Shown here piece after piece: positions 1 to 9,666 of a stretch of DNA of 40,000 bases. The stretch is from sequence record MN966732.1, one strand, 5' to 3'. A program made the position numbers and the translations under genes. Below the pieces are notes generated by a model. It did no database searches. It was given only the letters and a program-made list of their open reading frames with translations, and was not told the DNA's origin. Each line of letters opens with the position of its first letter. Within the stretch, counting starts at the first letter, position 1. Source of the DNA: Vibrio phage Chester.

Positions 1-834
1 CTTTTCGAAGTCCTTGCTAGGAAAGTCGTGTAGACCTTCGATACCAGTAATATAGGAAAAATGTTCCTTTTTAAGGACATAGTTCGAAATACCTTGGTAC
101 TCTTGCAAGTTTTCTGGCAATGTAATACTATCCCCAAGAATATGCACTGCTCTTTCCTTATCCTTGAATGGATTGATTTCTGGATTCTCAAATACTGGTT
201 CAGCAGTGTACATCAAATGCACTTTATCATAAACCGAAGTATCCAGTAGCTCAAAACCATATTCTTCCTGAGCTTTCTTATTCAACTGATACGACAGGTA
301 CTTTAGCTGACCGTTAGACACGGCTTTGCTAGTCTGCATGTACATATGCAAACGAATACCTGGCTTAATACCTGCACTACCACTAGCTTTAGCGATAAAT
401 GCAGGATTATCCGGAAAGATGTCAGGCTCTAGTTTACGTAGAAGATCAATACAGTATCTGCCTTGGTCTTCGATAGACATTCCCTCACGAGGGGCTGAAA
501 TACCATCAATATCCATATGGATAATACGAGAACGTACAGAGCAATTAAATGTTTCTGCATTACGTCTAATATTACGGATATTAGAAATAGGGGCAGCTCG
601 AACTAGAGCCACCTCTGGATTCTTTTGGTACTCTGAAATCAGCTTAAACGTCTGGTCTAGAGAGTTAGGGTTAGTTGACTCTATCACGTTAAAGAACTTC
701 GGCATGATAGGGTCTACAGATTTGCCATTTTTGTCAAAAACTTTTGCTAAACGAACTTTGCTATCTGGAGCGGGTTCGATGTACTCGTTTCCAGAAAAGT
801 AAGGCTTAAATACGCCTTCGATAAACGTTAGCAT
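1..834 (-). CDS. Primase/polymerase-like replication protein (partial, runs off left edge)
   Basis: Open minus-strand frame absent from the ORF track because it has no stop in the window: MLTFIEGVFKPYFSGNEYIEPAPDSKVRLAKVFDKNGK...RSRIIHMDIDGISAPREG...AFIAKASGSAGIKPGIRLHMYMQ...SVYDKVHLMYTAEPVF. SD GGGAG upstream of ATG. The MDIDG, GIRLHMY and D.VHLMY segments resemble the motifs of AEP-type primases. Confidence 0.55.
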   Translation of the reverse strand, partial: MLTFIEGVFKPYFSGNEYIEPAPDSKVRLAKVFDKNGKSVDPIMPKFFNVIESTNPNSLDQTFKLISEYQKNPEVALVRAAPISNIRNIRRNAETFNCSVRSRIIHMDIDGISAPREGMSIEDQGRYCIDLLRKLEPDIFPDNPAFIAKASGSAGIKPGIRLHMYMQTSKAVSNGQLKYLSYQLNKKAQEEYGFELLDTSVYDKVHLMYTAEPVFENPEINPFKDKERAVHILGDSITLPENLQEYQGISNYVLKKEHFSYITGIEGLHDFPSKDFEK

Positions 835-1427
835 TAAAAAATCTCCCATGTTAGTTAAACATATACATTTAAAGTGTGTAATACCAAAACCATTACTGAT
901 ACCGACTTTCACTAGCTATCCTGAACGCACTCCCTCAGAGATCATCATGGACACAGACTTCACTAGCTTCATTCTCTACGTAACCCTTGCATATCCCTAC
1001 TCCAATTGTAGGTCGGTTAGTCACTCAATCCCGATTCGCGTACTACTTCCACTAGGTGGTGGGCGAGTCTTCCTCCGTTAGACAATATGTTACTACCATC
1101 GCTATCCTTGGCGATAGGTACGTTGTTCGTTGGCTTCTGGAACTCCCCCATTAACATCCAACCTGAACACTTAGTTTTTGTTACCATTCCACTCTTATAC
1201 CAATCAAGAATATACCAAAATACGGAAGACTCCCACAGAGATCACTGCCTTAAGTACCCCAATATACCTATCATACTCACATATTATGTGCCACATAACC
1301 TTGTACCTCCGGAGCATTTCCGAGTCATACCAAAATCAGTTACCAGCGATGTGGACGCCATACAGTTAGCCAAACCATACGGGTAAGTTATTTTTATAGA
1401 CACTCCTAGAATGCCCATAAAGATAAC

Positions 1428-1447
1428 GGGGTAGAGGGCACTACCCC
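1428..1447. repeat. Hairpin GGGGTAG-AGGGCA-CTACCCC
   Basis: 7-bp perfect stem, 6-nt loop in the non-coding region. Confidence 0.6.
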
Positions 1448-1508
1448 AGGAGAAGCGTAATATGGAAATCGACTCTTTCGAATCAATACATATATTTTAT
1501 AACATCTG

Positions 1509-1544
1509 GTTAACAATGTCAAACTAAAAACTTTAATTGTTAAC
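1509..1544. repeat. Inverted repeat GTTAACAAT...ATTGTTAAC just 3' of the minus-strand gene ending at 1547
   Basis: 9-bp perfect inverted repeat (1509-1517 / 1536-1544); possible terminator. Confidence 0.5.
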
Positions 1545-1546
1545 TG

Positions 1547-1861
1547 TTAACTGATGCCAAGCATCTTGCAACCGAGTTCCATTTTCAACTCTTTAGCGAT
1601 TTGTTTGCCTTGGCCTTCGACGAAGTGCTTATAATTGTTAGGACGAATTATGTGCTCTGAGTGATGGACTGAGGCATCGTAGTAAACTTCCGCGATAACT
1701 TTAAGTTCGGGATGCTCTGCTAATAGGTCTACTTTTTTCTGTAGGTTGCATGGACGGACATTGTGTGCACGTCCTTCGGGATCAACAACGGTGACGTTAA
1801 CATTAGATACCAAATGTTTTAAAATCTCCGTCAAATAACGTACTTTATCTGTCATATTCAT
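1547..1861 (-). CDS. Hypothetical protein (MNMTDKVRYLTEILKHLVSNVNVTVVDPEG...)
   Basis: ORF 1547..1987 trimmed to the ATG at 1861, preceded by purine-rich AGGAAAA. Confidence 0.6.
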   Translation of the reverse strand: MNMTDKVRYLTEILKHLVSNVNVTVVDPEGRAHNVRPCNLQKKVDLLAEHPELKVIAEVYYDASVHHSEHIIRPNNYKHFVEGQGKQIAKELKMELGCKMLGIS

Positions 1862-2053
1862 TAAAATTTTCCTATGTCTTCTGAAACTGCATATATTATA
1901 CGATAAATTGGGGCATCCTGGCAAATACATTTTTGCTCTACTGCCAAACTCGTTCGCCCATAATATAAGTATGATGTCAAGTACCACATTTTAGGGAAAC
2001 TTGTCAACTTGATTTTTACGATAAAAGGCATAGCAGAAACTTAAAAACTTTAT

Positions 2054-2082
2054 TTGATCTATATCAACTTTTTTGCTATAAT
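2054..2082 (+). promoter_or_regulatory. Promoter upstream of nrdD (TTGATC-17-TATAAT)
   Basis: -35/-10 match, 17-nt spacer. Confidence 0.7.
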
Positions 2083-2135
2083 ATATGTCCAATTTGGGAA
2101 TTTTATAAACCAACCACAGACGTTGGAGGAGAAGT

Positions 2136-4310
2136 ATGATTATAATCAAACGTGATAACACACGACAAGCATTTAACTTACATAAACCGTATGAAGCTGC
2201 TTTCATGGCTGCTAGTGACGCGGGTTATGATTACTCTGACGCTAGCCAAATCGCTAATGATACAACTCAATTAGTAATCCATAGACTTCAAACAGAAGCT
2301 AGAGAAGAAGTAAGTGTATACGAGATCGAACAATTAGTAGAAGACACACTTATGTCTAGTTGCTGGAAAGATGTAGCAAGAAAGTACATCGAGTATCGTC
2401 ACGATCGCCAACAGGCGCGAGATTTGGAAAGTGATCTGCACAAAAACATTGTGGGATTAGTTGACCAGACTAACCCAGATATTCTGCATGAAAATGCAAA
2501 CAAGGAATCAACAGTATTCCACGTACAACGGGATTTACTAGCGGGTGAAATTTCTCGCCACTATGCACTAAACTACCTACTACCACGCGAAGTAGCTCGT
2601 GAGCATATCGCCGGTAATCTTCATTTTCACGACCTAGACTACTTCCCAATGATGGGTATGACAAACTGCTGTCTAGTAGATCTTGAAGGTATGTTGAAGA
2701 ACGGCTTTAAAATGGGTAACGCACAGATTGAGTCTCCAAACTCAATTCAAACTGCTGCTACCGTAGTATCACAAATTGCCGCGGCTGTTGCAAGCTCACA
2801 GTATGGTGGTACATCGTTTGACCGTCTAGATGAAGTTCTAGCACCTTACGTGACTAAGACTTACCAGAAAGAATATAAGCGAGCTATGTCATTATTCCGT
2901 CGCTTTACTGGTACAGATGTTGTAACTGGCGACCTAGCCTTAAACTGTATAAAATCCGAAGCGCGTATCGCTACTGAAAAAGCAGTATTCGATGCTTGCC
3001 AAACACTAGAGTACCAAGTAAACACTATTTACTCAACTAACGGTCAGACTCCATTCTTGACCTTCGGTTTTGGTCTAGGCACGTCATGGGAAGCTAAGCT
3101 AGTTCAAAAAGGTATTCTACAGAACCGTATTGCAGGTTTAGGTAAAGAAGCAGCTACGCCTGTGTTCCCTAAACTAGTATTTGGTCTGCGTGATGGTGTT
3201 AACCTAAAACCGGAAGATCCAAACTACGATATTAAGCAACTAGCATTAGAGTGTGCTACTAAACGCATGTATCCAGATATTCTTAACTATGATAAGACAG
3301 TCGAGATAACTGGCGGGTACAAAGCACCTATGGGTTGTCGTTCATTCCTGTCTCCTTGGCACGATGAAAACGGTAAAGAAACTTATTCTGGTCGTAACAA
3401 CTTAGGAGTTGTTTCACTGAACATCCCTAAAATCGCTCTAGAAGCTCAACTAGATTACGATAAATTCTGGGATCTACTAGACAATTACTGTGAAGTAGCA
3501 CATCGTGCGCTACAGTACCGTTTAGAACGTTTATCAACCGTAAAAGCTAAATCCGCGCCGATTATGTATATGGAAGGTGCGCTAGGTCTACACCTAGACG
3601 GCGAAGAGCTTGTCCTTCCACACCTGTTGAAGCGCGGTGCTAGCATCTCCTTAGGTTACATTGGCCTAGAAGAAGCAGCTAACGCAATGCTAGGAAGTAT
3701 GATTCATACTTATGATGAGCCAGAAAAGCAACAATTCGCTCTAGATATTGTTAAGTTCCTTGACAAGAAAGCTACAGAGTGGAAAGAGGCCGAAGGTATT
3801 GGTTACTCAATCTACGCAACTCCAAGTGAGTCTCTATGTAACCGATTCTGTAAAGCAATCGTTAGAGAATACGGTGAGTTTGAGGGTGTAACTGATAAAG
3901 GTTACTTGACTAACTCATTCCATCTAGATGTACTGAAGAAGGTTAATCCTTATGACAAAATCGACTTTGAAGCCCAGTTTATCCCATACAGCTCAGGCGG
4001 TCATATCTGTTATGGAGAGTTCCCGAACATGCGCCATAACATCGAAGCACTTGAAAATGTGTGGGATTATTCCTACGCAAGAGTACCGTACTACGGTACA
4101 AACACGCCTATCGACGAATGCTACGAATGTGGCTTCAAAGGTGAGTTCAATTGTACCAGTAAAGGTTTCGAGTGCCCCAATTGTGGCAACCATGAACCTG
4201 ATAAATGCTCCGTCACTCGTCGTGTCTGTGGCTATCTAGGTAATCCTGGTACTCGTCCATTCAATGCAGGTAAACAGTCAGAAATGACTAAACGTGTAAA
4301 ACATCTTTAA
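2136..4310 (+). CDS. nrdD: Anaerobic (class III) ribonucleoside-triphosphate reductase
   Basis: N-terminal ATP-cone-like segment; C-terminal zinc site CYECGFKGEFNCTSKGFECPNCG; glycyl-radical motif RRVCGYLG...RPFNAGKQSEMTKRVKH. Confidence 0.97.
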   Translation: MIIIKRDNTRQAFNLHKPYEAAFMAASDAGYDYSDASQIANDTTQLVIHRLQTEAREEVSVYEIEQLVEDTLMSSCWKDVARKYIEYRHDRQQARDLESDLHKNIVGLVDQTNPDILHENANKESTVFHVQRDLLAGEISRHYALNYLLPREVAREHIAGNLHFHDLDYFPMMGMTNCCLVDLEGMLKNGFKMGNAQIESPNSIQTAATVVSQIAAAVASSQYGGTSFDRLDEVLAPYVTKTYQKEYKRAMSLFRRFTGTDVVTGDLALNCIKSEARIATEKAVFDACQTLEYQVNTIYSTNGQTPFLTFGFGLGTSWEAKLVQKGILQNRIAGLGKEAATPVFPKLVFGLRDGVNLKPEDPNYDIKQLALECATKRMYPDILNYDKTVEITGGYKAPMGCRSFLSPWHDENGKETYSGRNNLGVVSLNIPKIALEAQLDYDKFWDLLDNYCEVAHRALQYRLERLSTVKAKSAPIMYMEGALGLHLDGEELVLPHLLKRGASISLGYIGLEEAANAMLGSMIHTYDEPEKQQFALDIVKFLDKKATEWKEAEGIGYSIYATPSESLCNRFCKAIVREYGEFEGVTDKGYLTNSFHLDVLKKVNPYDKIDFEAQFIPYSSGGHICYGEFPNMRHNIEALENVWDYSYARVPYYGTNTPIDECYECGFKGEFNCTSKGFECPNCGNHEPDKCSVTRRVCGYLGNPGTRPFNAGKQSEMTKRVKHL

Positions 4311-4349
4311 GAGGGCAATTGCCCTCTTTTTAACCCTAGGAGAAAGTAT

Positions 4350-4562
4350 ATGAAATTATTTATGGCATCTTGGTGTACATACTGCCAACCAGTTAAAGAA
4401 CTAATCAAAAATAAAGGACTGGATGTACAACTATTGGATATTGACCACTCGTTTGAGCTAGCTAGTCAATACCGCATCAAACAAATCCCTGCACTAGTAT
4501 TAGACGATGACACAGTAATGTTAGAATCACTAGAAATTATGCGCTACTTGGAGACCCTATAA
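4350..4562 (+). CDS. Glutaredoxin-like protein
   Basis: MKLFMASWCTYCQPVKELIKNKG...KQIPALVLDD; CxxC plus cis-Pro motif; located between the RNR genes. Confidence 0.88.
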   Translation: MKLFMASWCTYCQPVKELIKNKGLDVQLLDIDHSFELASQYRIKQIPALVLDDDTVMLESLEIMRYLETL

Positions 4563-5554
4563 TGCCAGTACGTTGTCAAACATATAAAGAAGCCTACACC
4601 TTCGATTACCCTGAGGCAGTTGCATTTGCAGACGCCCAAAACTCAGTAATATGGTTTCACCACGAAATTAACGTAGAAAAAGACATTCAAGATATTCGTG
4701 TTAACATGACACCAGCAGAAGCTCACGGTGTTATTACTACACTAAAGCTGTTCACACTATATGAGCTAGTTCTAGGTAATGAATATTGGGGTGGTAGATT
4801 TAAACGCATGTTCCCCCGCCATGACTTCCGTCAGATGGGTAACGCATTCGCATTTGCTGAAATCAACATGCACGCACCTTTCTACAATAAAATCAATGAA
4901 GCTCTAATGCTTAATACAGATGAGTTCTACACCAGCTACGTAGACGACCCTATTCTTAAATCTCGCATGGAATTTGTAGAATCATTAGTCTGCGATCCTG
5001 ATGATCTAGTATCTGTAGGGGCATTTAGTATGATTGAAGGTGCTGTACTGTATAGTGCATTCGCTTACCTAAAGCACTTCCAAGCACAAGGTAAGAACAA
5101 GATTCTAAACGTAGTACGTGGTATTAACTTCTCTGTACGTGATGAAAACCTACACTGTGAGGGCGGGGCTTGGGCATTCAATACATTGCGTCGTGAAATG
5201 GAACAATCCGGAGAGTTAACAGCTTCCCAATTTAACAAGGTATCAAAACGCCTACAAAGTGCAGGACGTCAAGTATATGAGCACGAGGCTCGTATTATTG
5301 ATATGATGTTCGAGAAAGGTGAGATTGAAGGCTTCCATGCAGAAGACCTAAAAACCTTTGTTAAATCACGTATCAACCTATGTCTAGGGCATCTAAGAAT
5401 TGCTCCAATTTTTGAAATTGGTGAAAACCCTATTGCAGAATGGTTCTATGATAATATCAATGCCCTGAAGTTCCATGACTTCTTTACAGGTACAGGTTCA
5501 GAATATAACCGTGATTGGGATGAATCACGACTAAGATGGAAGGTGAAAGCATAA
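4562..5554 (+). CDS. nrdB: Class I ribonucleotide reductase small (beta) subunit
   Basis: Metal-site helices: FAEINMHAPFY, SMIEGAVLYSAFAYLKHF, NFSVRDENLHCEGG; C-terminal acidic/hydrophobic region; next to the large subunit. Confidence 0.95.
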   Translation: MPVRCQTYKEAYTFDYPEAVAFADAQNSVIWFHHEINVEKDIQDIRVNMTPAEAHGVITTLKLFTLYELVLGNEYWGGRFKRMFPRHDFRQMGNAFAFAEINMHAPFYNKINEALMLNTDEFYTSYVDDPILKSRMEFVESLVCDPDDLVSVGAFSMIEGAVLYSAFAYLKHFQAQGKNKILNVVRGINFSVRDENLHCEGGAWAFNTLRREMEQSGELTASQFNKVSKRLQSAGRQVYEHEARIIDMMFEKGEIEGFHAEDLKTFVKSRINLCLGHLRIAPIFEIGENPIAEWFYDNINALKFHDFFTGTGSEYNRDWDESRLRWKVKA

Positions 5555-7251
5555 TGGCAAGTATTTACGATAAATTAGGTGCAGAACGAAAAGAAGGTCA
5601 AGCAAAGGGTCAAATTCCTCAATGGATGACTACTGCTGGATACCAGTTACTAAAACAAAAGTATCTCTCAGAAGGCGAAACTGTATTAGGTAGATACATC
5701 GCTATCGCTAAGACAGCAGCTAAACATATGCCTATGGATAGAGAACTATGGGAAGATAGATTCTTCCAGCTATTCTGGAAAGGTTGGCTTGCAGCATCAA
5801 CACCTGTACTTGCAAATATGGGTACAAATAAAGGTATGCCTGTTAGCTGTTCCGGCGGATATATTGACGACTCAATTCATGGTTTCTACGATACTCTACA
5901 CGAAACAGCAATGCTAACTAAAAATGGGTTTGGTACATCAGGTTATCTTGGTGATATTCGTCCTCGTGGAGCTAGTATCTCTATTGGTGGCACAGCCGCA
6001 GGTGTTATGCCTGTAATCGAAGATTACGTACAATGTATGCGAGATGTAGCTCAAGGTGCTACAAGACGTGGTGCTTGGGCAGGGTATCTTCCAATGGATC
6101 ATGGTGACTTCTACGAAGTAGTTACATTCTTAAAGAACTACCCTGACGATTTAAATCTAGGTTGGAATATTTCAGATGAGTTCGTAAGAAAACTTGAAGC
6201 TGGTAATGAAGACGCTATTGATCGTCTAGCTAAGTCTTTACATACTAAACTGATTACAGGTAAAGGTTACTACTTCTTCCCTGATAAAGTTAACCGTCAG
6301 TCACCTCAAATGTACAAAGATTTAGGTCTAGATGTACGTGCAAGTAACTTGTGTACCGAAATCAACTTGTTTAGTGACCCAGACCATACATTTACTTGTG
6401 TACTAAGCTCAATGAACTTAGCAAGATTCGATGAGTGGAAAGACACAGAAGCTGTATTCCATGCAACAGTATTCTTAGACTGTGTTGCACAGGAGTTTAT
6501 TGAACAAGCATACGATATTCCTGGTCTTGAAAAGGCTATTCGCTTCACAGAGAAATCTCGTGCATTAGGTCTAGGCGGTCTAGGTTTCCATACGTACCTA
6601 CAGGACAACATGATTGCATTCGAAACATTCGAAGCTCACATGAAGAACCTAGAAATCTTTACCCATATGTCCAATGAGTCACTAAGAGCTTCTAAGTGGA
6701 TGGCAGAAGAACTAGGTGAACCTGAGTGGTGTAAAGGTTACGGAGTACGTAACACCCACCGTCTAGCAGTAGCCCCAAATACTTCAAGTGCATTAGTATG
6801 TGGTGGGGTTTCTCAAGGTATTGAGCCAATCCCAGGTAATAGTTACGTACAGCCAAGTGCTGCTGGGGAGCTAACTCGATTGAATCCATCTTTCTTGAAA
6901 TTCTGCAAGGAGAAGGGTGTAGAAGTTGATAGAGAACTGATCAAGTCAATCAATGATAAGTTAGGTTCGGTACAGCATCTAGATTGGTTATCAGACCACG
7001 AAAAGATGGTGTTTAAGACTGCCTACGAGATTGATCAAATGGCACTGATTCGTTTAGCAGCAGCTAGGCAGCCACGAATTTGTCAAGGTCAATCATTGAA
7101 CCTATTCTTTGATGCTGATGAGGACGAGGAATACATCCTAGAAGTACATCAAGCCGCATTTACAAATGAAAATATTAAACAACTATACTACATGCGCACT
7201 ATGGCAGGTGTTCAAGCATCCAAAGGTGAATGTGTAGCTTGTGAGGGCTAA
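5554..7251 (+). CDS. nrdA: Class I ribonucleotide reductase large (alpha) subunit, short form without an evident ATP cone
   Basis: ASTPVLANMGTNKGMPVSCSG, NLCTEINL, NLARF, VAPNTSSALVCGG, C-terminal GECVACEG; the ORF from 5536 trimmed to ATG 5554 (TAATG overlap with nrdB). Confidence 0.95.
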   Translation: MASIYDKLGAERKEGQAKGQIPQWMTTAGYQLLKQKYLSEGETVLGRYIAIAKTAAKHMPMDRELWEDRFFQLFWKGWLAASTPVLANMGTNKGMPVSCSGGYIDDSIHGFYDTLHETAMLTKNGFGTSGYLGDIRPRGASISIGGTAAGVMPVIEDYVQCMRDVAQGATRRGAWAGYLPMDHGDFYEVVTFLKNYPDDLNLGWNISDEFVRKLEAGNEDAIDRLAKSLHTKLITGKGYYFFPDKVNRQSPQMYKDLGLDVRASNLCTEINLFSDPDHTFTCVLSSMNLARFDEWKDTEAVFHATVFLDCVAQEFIEQAYDIPGLEKAIRFTEKSRALGLGGLGFHTYLQDNMIAFETFEAHMKNLEIFTHMSNESLRASKWMAEELGEPEWCKGYGVRNTHRLAVAPNTSSALVCGGVSQGIEPIPGNSYVQPSAAGELTRLNPSFLKFCKEKGVEVDRELIKSINDKLGSVQHLDWLSDHEKMVFKTAYEIDQMALIRLAAARQPRICQGQSLNLFFDADEDEEYILEVHQAAFTNENIKQLYYMRTMAGVQASKGECVACEG

Positions 7252-7253
7252 AT

Positions 7254-7736
7254 ATGAATTATATGAATTACTACCCAACAGATGTAGTTAATGGAGAGGG
7301 GACGCGATGCGTCCTCTTTGTTTCTGGATGTTCACATGGATGTAATAGCTGCTACAACGAGGTAGCTTGGAATCCAAATAATGGACACGAATTCACCCAA
7401 GAACTAGAAGACCAGATTATCAAGGACTTACAAGATACTCGCATCAAGCGTAAAGGTATCACGCTATCTGGCGGAGATCCTATGCATAAACGTAATGTGC
7501 AACAACTAGTTCAGTTATGTCATAGAATTAAGACTGAATGCCCAGGTAAGGACATTTGGCTCTACACTGGATACACGCACGCTCAATTACTAGAAGATAA
7601 AAATCCGTATCGTCAAGCACTACTAGGATATGTAGATGTTCTAGTAGATGGCAAATTCGAACAAGAACTATATGATCCAGGCTTACGCTTCCGTGGAAGT
7701 AGTAATCAACGTATCATTTACCTAGGGGACGCATAG
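7254..7736 (+). CDS. nrdG: Anaerobic NTP reductase activating enzyme (radical SAM)
   Basis: CVLFVSGCSHGCNSCYN (CxxxCxxC), LSGGDPMHKRNVQQ, DIWLYTGYT. Confidence 0.94.
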   Translation: MNYMNYYPTDVVNGEGTRCVLFVSGCSHGCNSCYNEVAWNPNNGHEFTQELEDQIIKDLQDTRIKRKGITLSGGDPMHKRNVQQLVQLCHRIKTECPGKDIWLYTGYTHAQLLEDKNPYRQALLGYVDVLVDGKFEQELYDPGLRFRGSSNQRIIYLGDA

Positions 7737-7787
7737 TCCTCTTTCATGTCTCTATAGATGTTAACGTCATGTTATATAAAAATCTTC

Positions 7788-7816
7788 TTGCTATTTTGAG
7801 TGAATTTTTATATAAT
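7788..7816 (+). promoter_or_regulatory. Promoter TTGCTA-17-TATAAT
   Basis: Followed by leader CCATAAATTGAAAAGGAGAT and a start codon. Confidence 0.75.
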
Positions 7817-7846
7817 AGTTCCATAAATTGAAAAGGAGATTGTATT

Positions 7847-8230
7847 ATGTTTTTAGATTATCAATTCTGCGAAGATAATGATGTACGTATCGAAAAGATG
7901 CACCATCTTTCTACGCTAATCTCTAGTGATAGACGCAGCGATATTGACGAGCTAATGCACGACCTAGATGGTTGCCAAACTCAGTTCCACATCACAGAAA
8001 GAACAAAAGAGTTGGCTGACTTTCTAGACTCTGCTTATGAGCAAAAACTGCCTGACTACGCTATCAAAAACGAACTATTTAATAAGGGTTTTCATAAAGG
8101 TATTGTGCTAGAAACCACGGTATTTAAGCAAGGACAGATTGGACGTCCTATATTATACATTTACGCCGAATCCGAATTGGAAGTTAAAGCTTTTATGGAA
8201 GAAGTATCTAATATTGTTTGGGGTGAGTAA
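7847..8230 (+). CDS. Hypothetical protein
   Basis: ORF with SD, directly after promoter. Confidence 0.8.
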   Translation: MFLDYQFCEDNDVRIEKMHHLSTLISSDRRSDIDELMHDLDGCQTQFHITERTKELADFLDSAYEQKLPDYAIKNELFNKGFHKGIVLETTVFKQGQIGRPILYIYAESELEVKAFMEEVSNIVWGE

Positions 8231-8589
8231 TGAATATTCTATTAAGAGAGCGTTGGGAGCAAATCGTAAGTAATGTTCCAGCAACAAACGTATTGGCATC
8301 AGATATACAAGACTTCGAATGTGAGTTCGGAGAGTCTCTAATTGACTCTAATGAGTGGCATGAAAACAGTTGGACTCTACTTGGCTTCGCTTTTGGCAAT
8401 CCAAAGTGGTATCCCTTCGCCATAGAACTAGATATGGAAAAAGACTACACATACTGCCACATGGTGCATGAGTTATTCGATGGGGATACTGGCTTAGAAA
8501 ACGAATTTTTCGCAGACCTAATGAATGCTATCCCTGCGTACCGTAAACGCTTCTGTGATAATTTACTGGAGTTATTGAATGACGATTAA
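8230..8589 (+). CDS. Hypothetical protein
   Basis: TAATG-type overlap with the previous gene. Confidence 0.8.
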   Translation: MNILLRERWEQIVSNVPATNVLASDIQDFECEFGESLIDSNEWHENSWTLLGFAFGNPKWYPFAIELDMEKDYTYCHMVHELFDGDTGLENEFFADLMNAIPAYRKRFCDNLLELLNDD

Positions 8590-9028
8590 CAGTTTCAGAG
8601 GGGAACATGCGTTTCTCTCTAATATGTTTGAAATGGTAATTGAACATGACGGCATTACTTATCCTTCTAGCGAGAACATGTATCAAGCGTTCAAAACGCC
8701 GGAAAGACGAGAACGTAAGTTAATCGCTAAGTTGCCACCAAACCAGTCTAAGAACTACTGGAAATTCAACGTAGTTAAAAATCTAGATTTCCATTGTAAT
8801 AAACTAGCTTACATGGAAACATGTCTAAGAGCCAAGTTCGCAAACAAACACCTAGCACATCTATTGCTAGCAACTGGTGACGCAGAGCTAATTGAAGGCA
8901 ATTGGTGGGGTGATGGTTTCTGGGGTGTAATTGAAAAGACTGGTCACGGTCACAACCACCTTGGTAAACTATTGATGAAGATTAGGGAGGAACTACGTGA
9001 AAAACTTGAAAAAGAAACTAACAAGTAA
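8579..9028 (+). CDS. NADAR / YbiA-like domain protein
   Basis: FRGEHAFLSNMF, YPSSENMYQAFK, EGNWWGDGFWG family signature. Confidence 0.92.
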   Translation: MTINSFRGEHAFLSNMFEMVIEHDGITYPSSENMYQAFKTPERRERKLIAKLPPNQSKNYWKFNVVKNLDFHCNKLAYMETCLRAKFANKHLAHLLLATGDAELIEGNWWGDGFWGVIEKTGHGHNHLGKLLMKIREELREKLEKETNK

Positions 9029-9227
9029 TCCTAAGCTAACTTGTGGTGTAGGTTTAAAAGATGCTACTCCAGAAGAAATAGCGGATATTAAGCAGTGGTT
9101 AGATGTTCGCGGTATTAAATACGTGCATAAGACAAAACATCTAAAAACAGGTAAGCCATTACCGTATAATGGTTTACTAATTATTAATCTTATCGGGACA
9201 AAGAAAAATGCTAAAAATTTATACTGA
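8997..9227 (+). CDS. Hypothetical small basic protein
   Basis: ORF fills the gap between NADAR and RNase H genes, overlapping both ends. Confidence 0.6.
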   Translation: MKNLKKKLTSNPKLTCGVGLKDATPEEIADIKQWLDVRGIKYVHKTKHLKTGKPLPYNGLLIINLIGTKKNAKNLY

Positions 9228-9666
9228 TGGTGCTTGCCGTGGTAATCCTGGGGTAGGTGCTTGGGCTTTCGCGGTTTTTGAGGGCTGGGCTAAGAAAGGT
9301 ACTAAAAGCGCAGCTATGCCCCACACTACAAACAATGAGGCTGAACTTACAGCCATTGTAAAAGCGTTAGAGTGGGCTATTCGTGCTAACCTATCTCAAG
9401 TAGAGATTCTTACAGACTCTAACTACGCATGTCAAGGTTATAAAACGTGGATGCACGGTTGGGTGAAGAAAGGCTGGGTGACTGCGGGAGGTACTCCAGT
9501 CAAGAACCTAGAACTTTGGAAGACATTATATAATATTTCTCAAAAAATCAATGTAACCATGACAAAAGTAAAAGGTCACTCTGGTGATGAAGGTAACGAG
9601 CTAGCAGATACTCTATGCAATTGCGCAATCGATGAGTACGAGCTACAGACAGTGGTGATGAAATGA
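9208..9666 (+). CDS. rnhA: Ribonuclease HI
   Basis: IYTDGACRGNPGVGAWAF, NNEAEL, LTDSNYAC, VKGHSGDEGNELAD. Confidence 0.95.
   Translation: MLKIYTDGACRGNPGVGAWAFAVFEGWAKKGTKSAAMPHTTNNEAELTAIVKALEWAIRANLSQVEILTDSNYACQGYKTWMHGWVKKGWVTAGGTPVKNLELWKTLYNISQKINVTMTKVKGHSGDEGNELADTLCNCAIDEYELQTVVMK

Noticed and set aside
61-802. Plus-strand ORFs 61..249 and 326..802
   Set aside because: Antisense to the convincing minus-strand primase-like frame; no SD and low-complexity translation.
848-1386. ORFs 848..1081, 1087..1386, 1178..1369
   Set aside because: No SD, implausible composition, overlapping one another; treated as non-coding.
1991-2206. Minus ORF of 71 aa over the nrdD promoter and start
   Set aside because: Overlaps a clear promoter and the nrdD N-terminus; composition is not protein-like.
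2470-6889. Antisense/alternate-frame ORFs inside nrdD and nrdA (2470, 3952, 3993, 6306, 6692)
   Set aside because: Shadows of strongly recognised genes.
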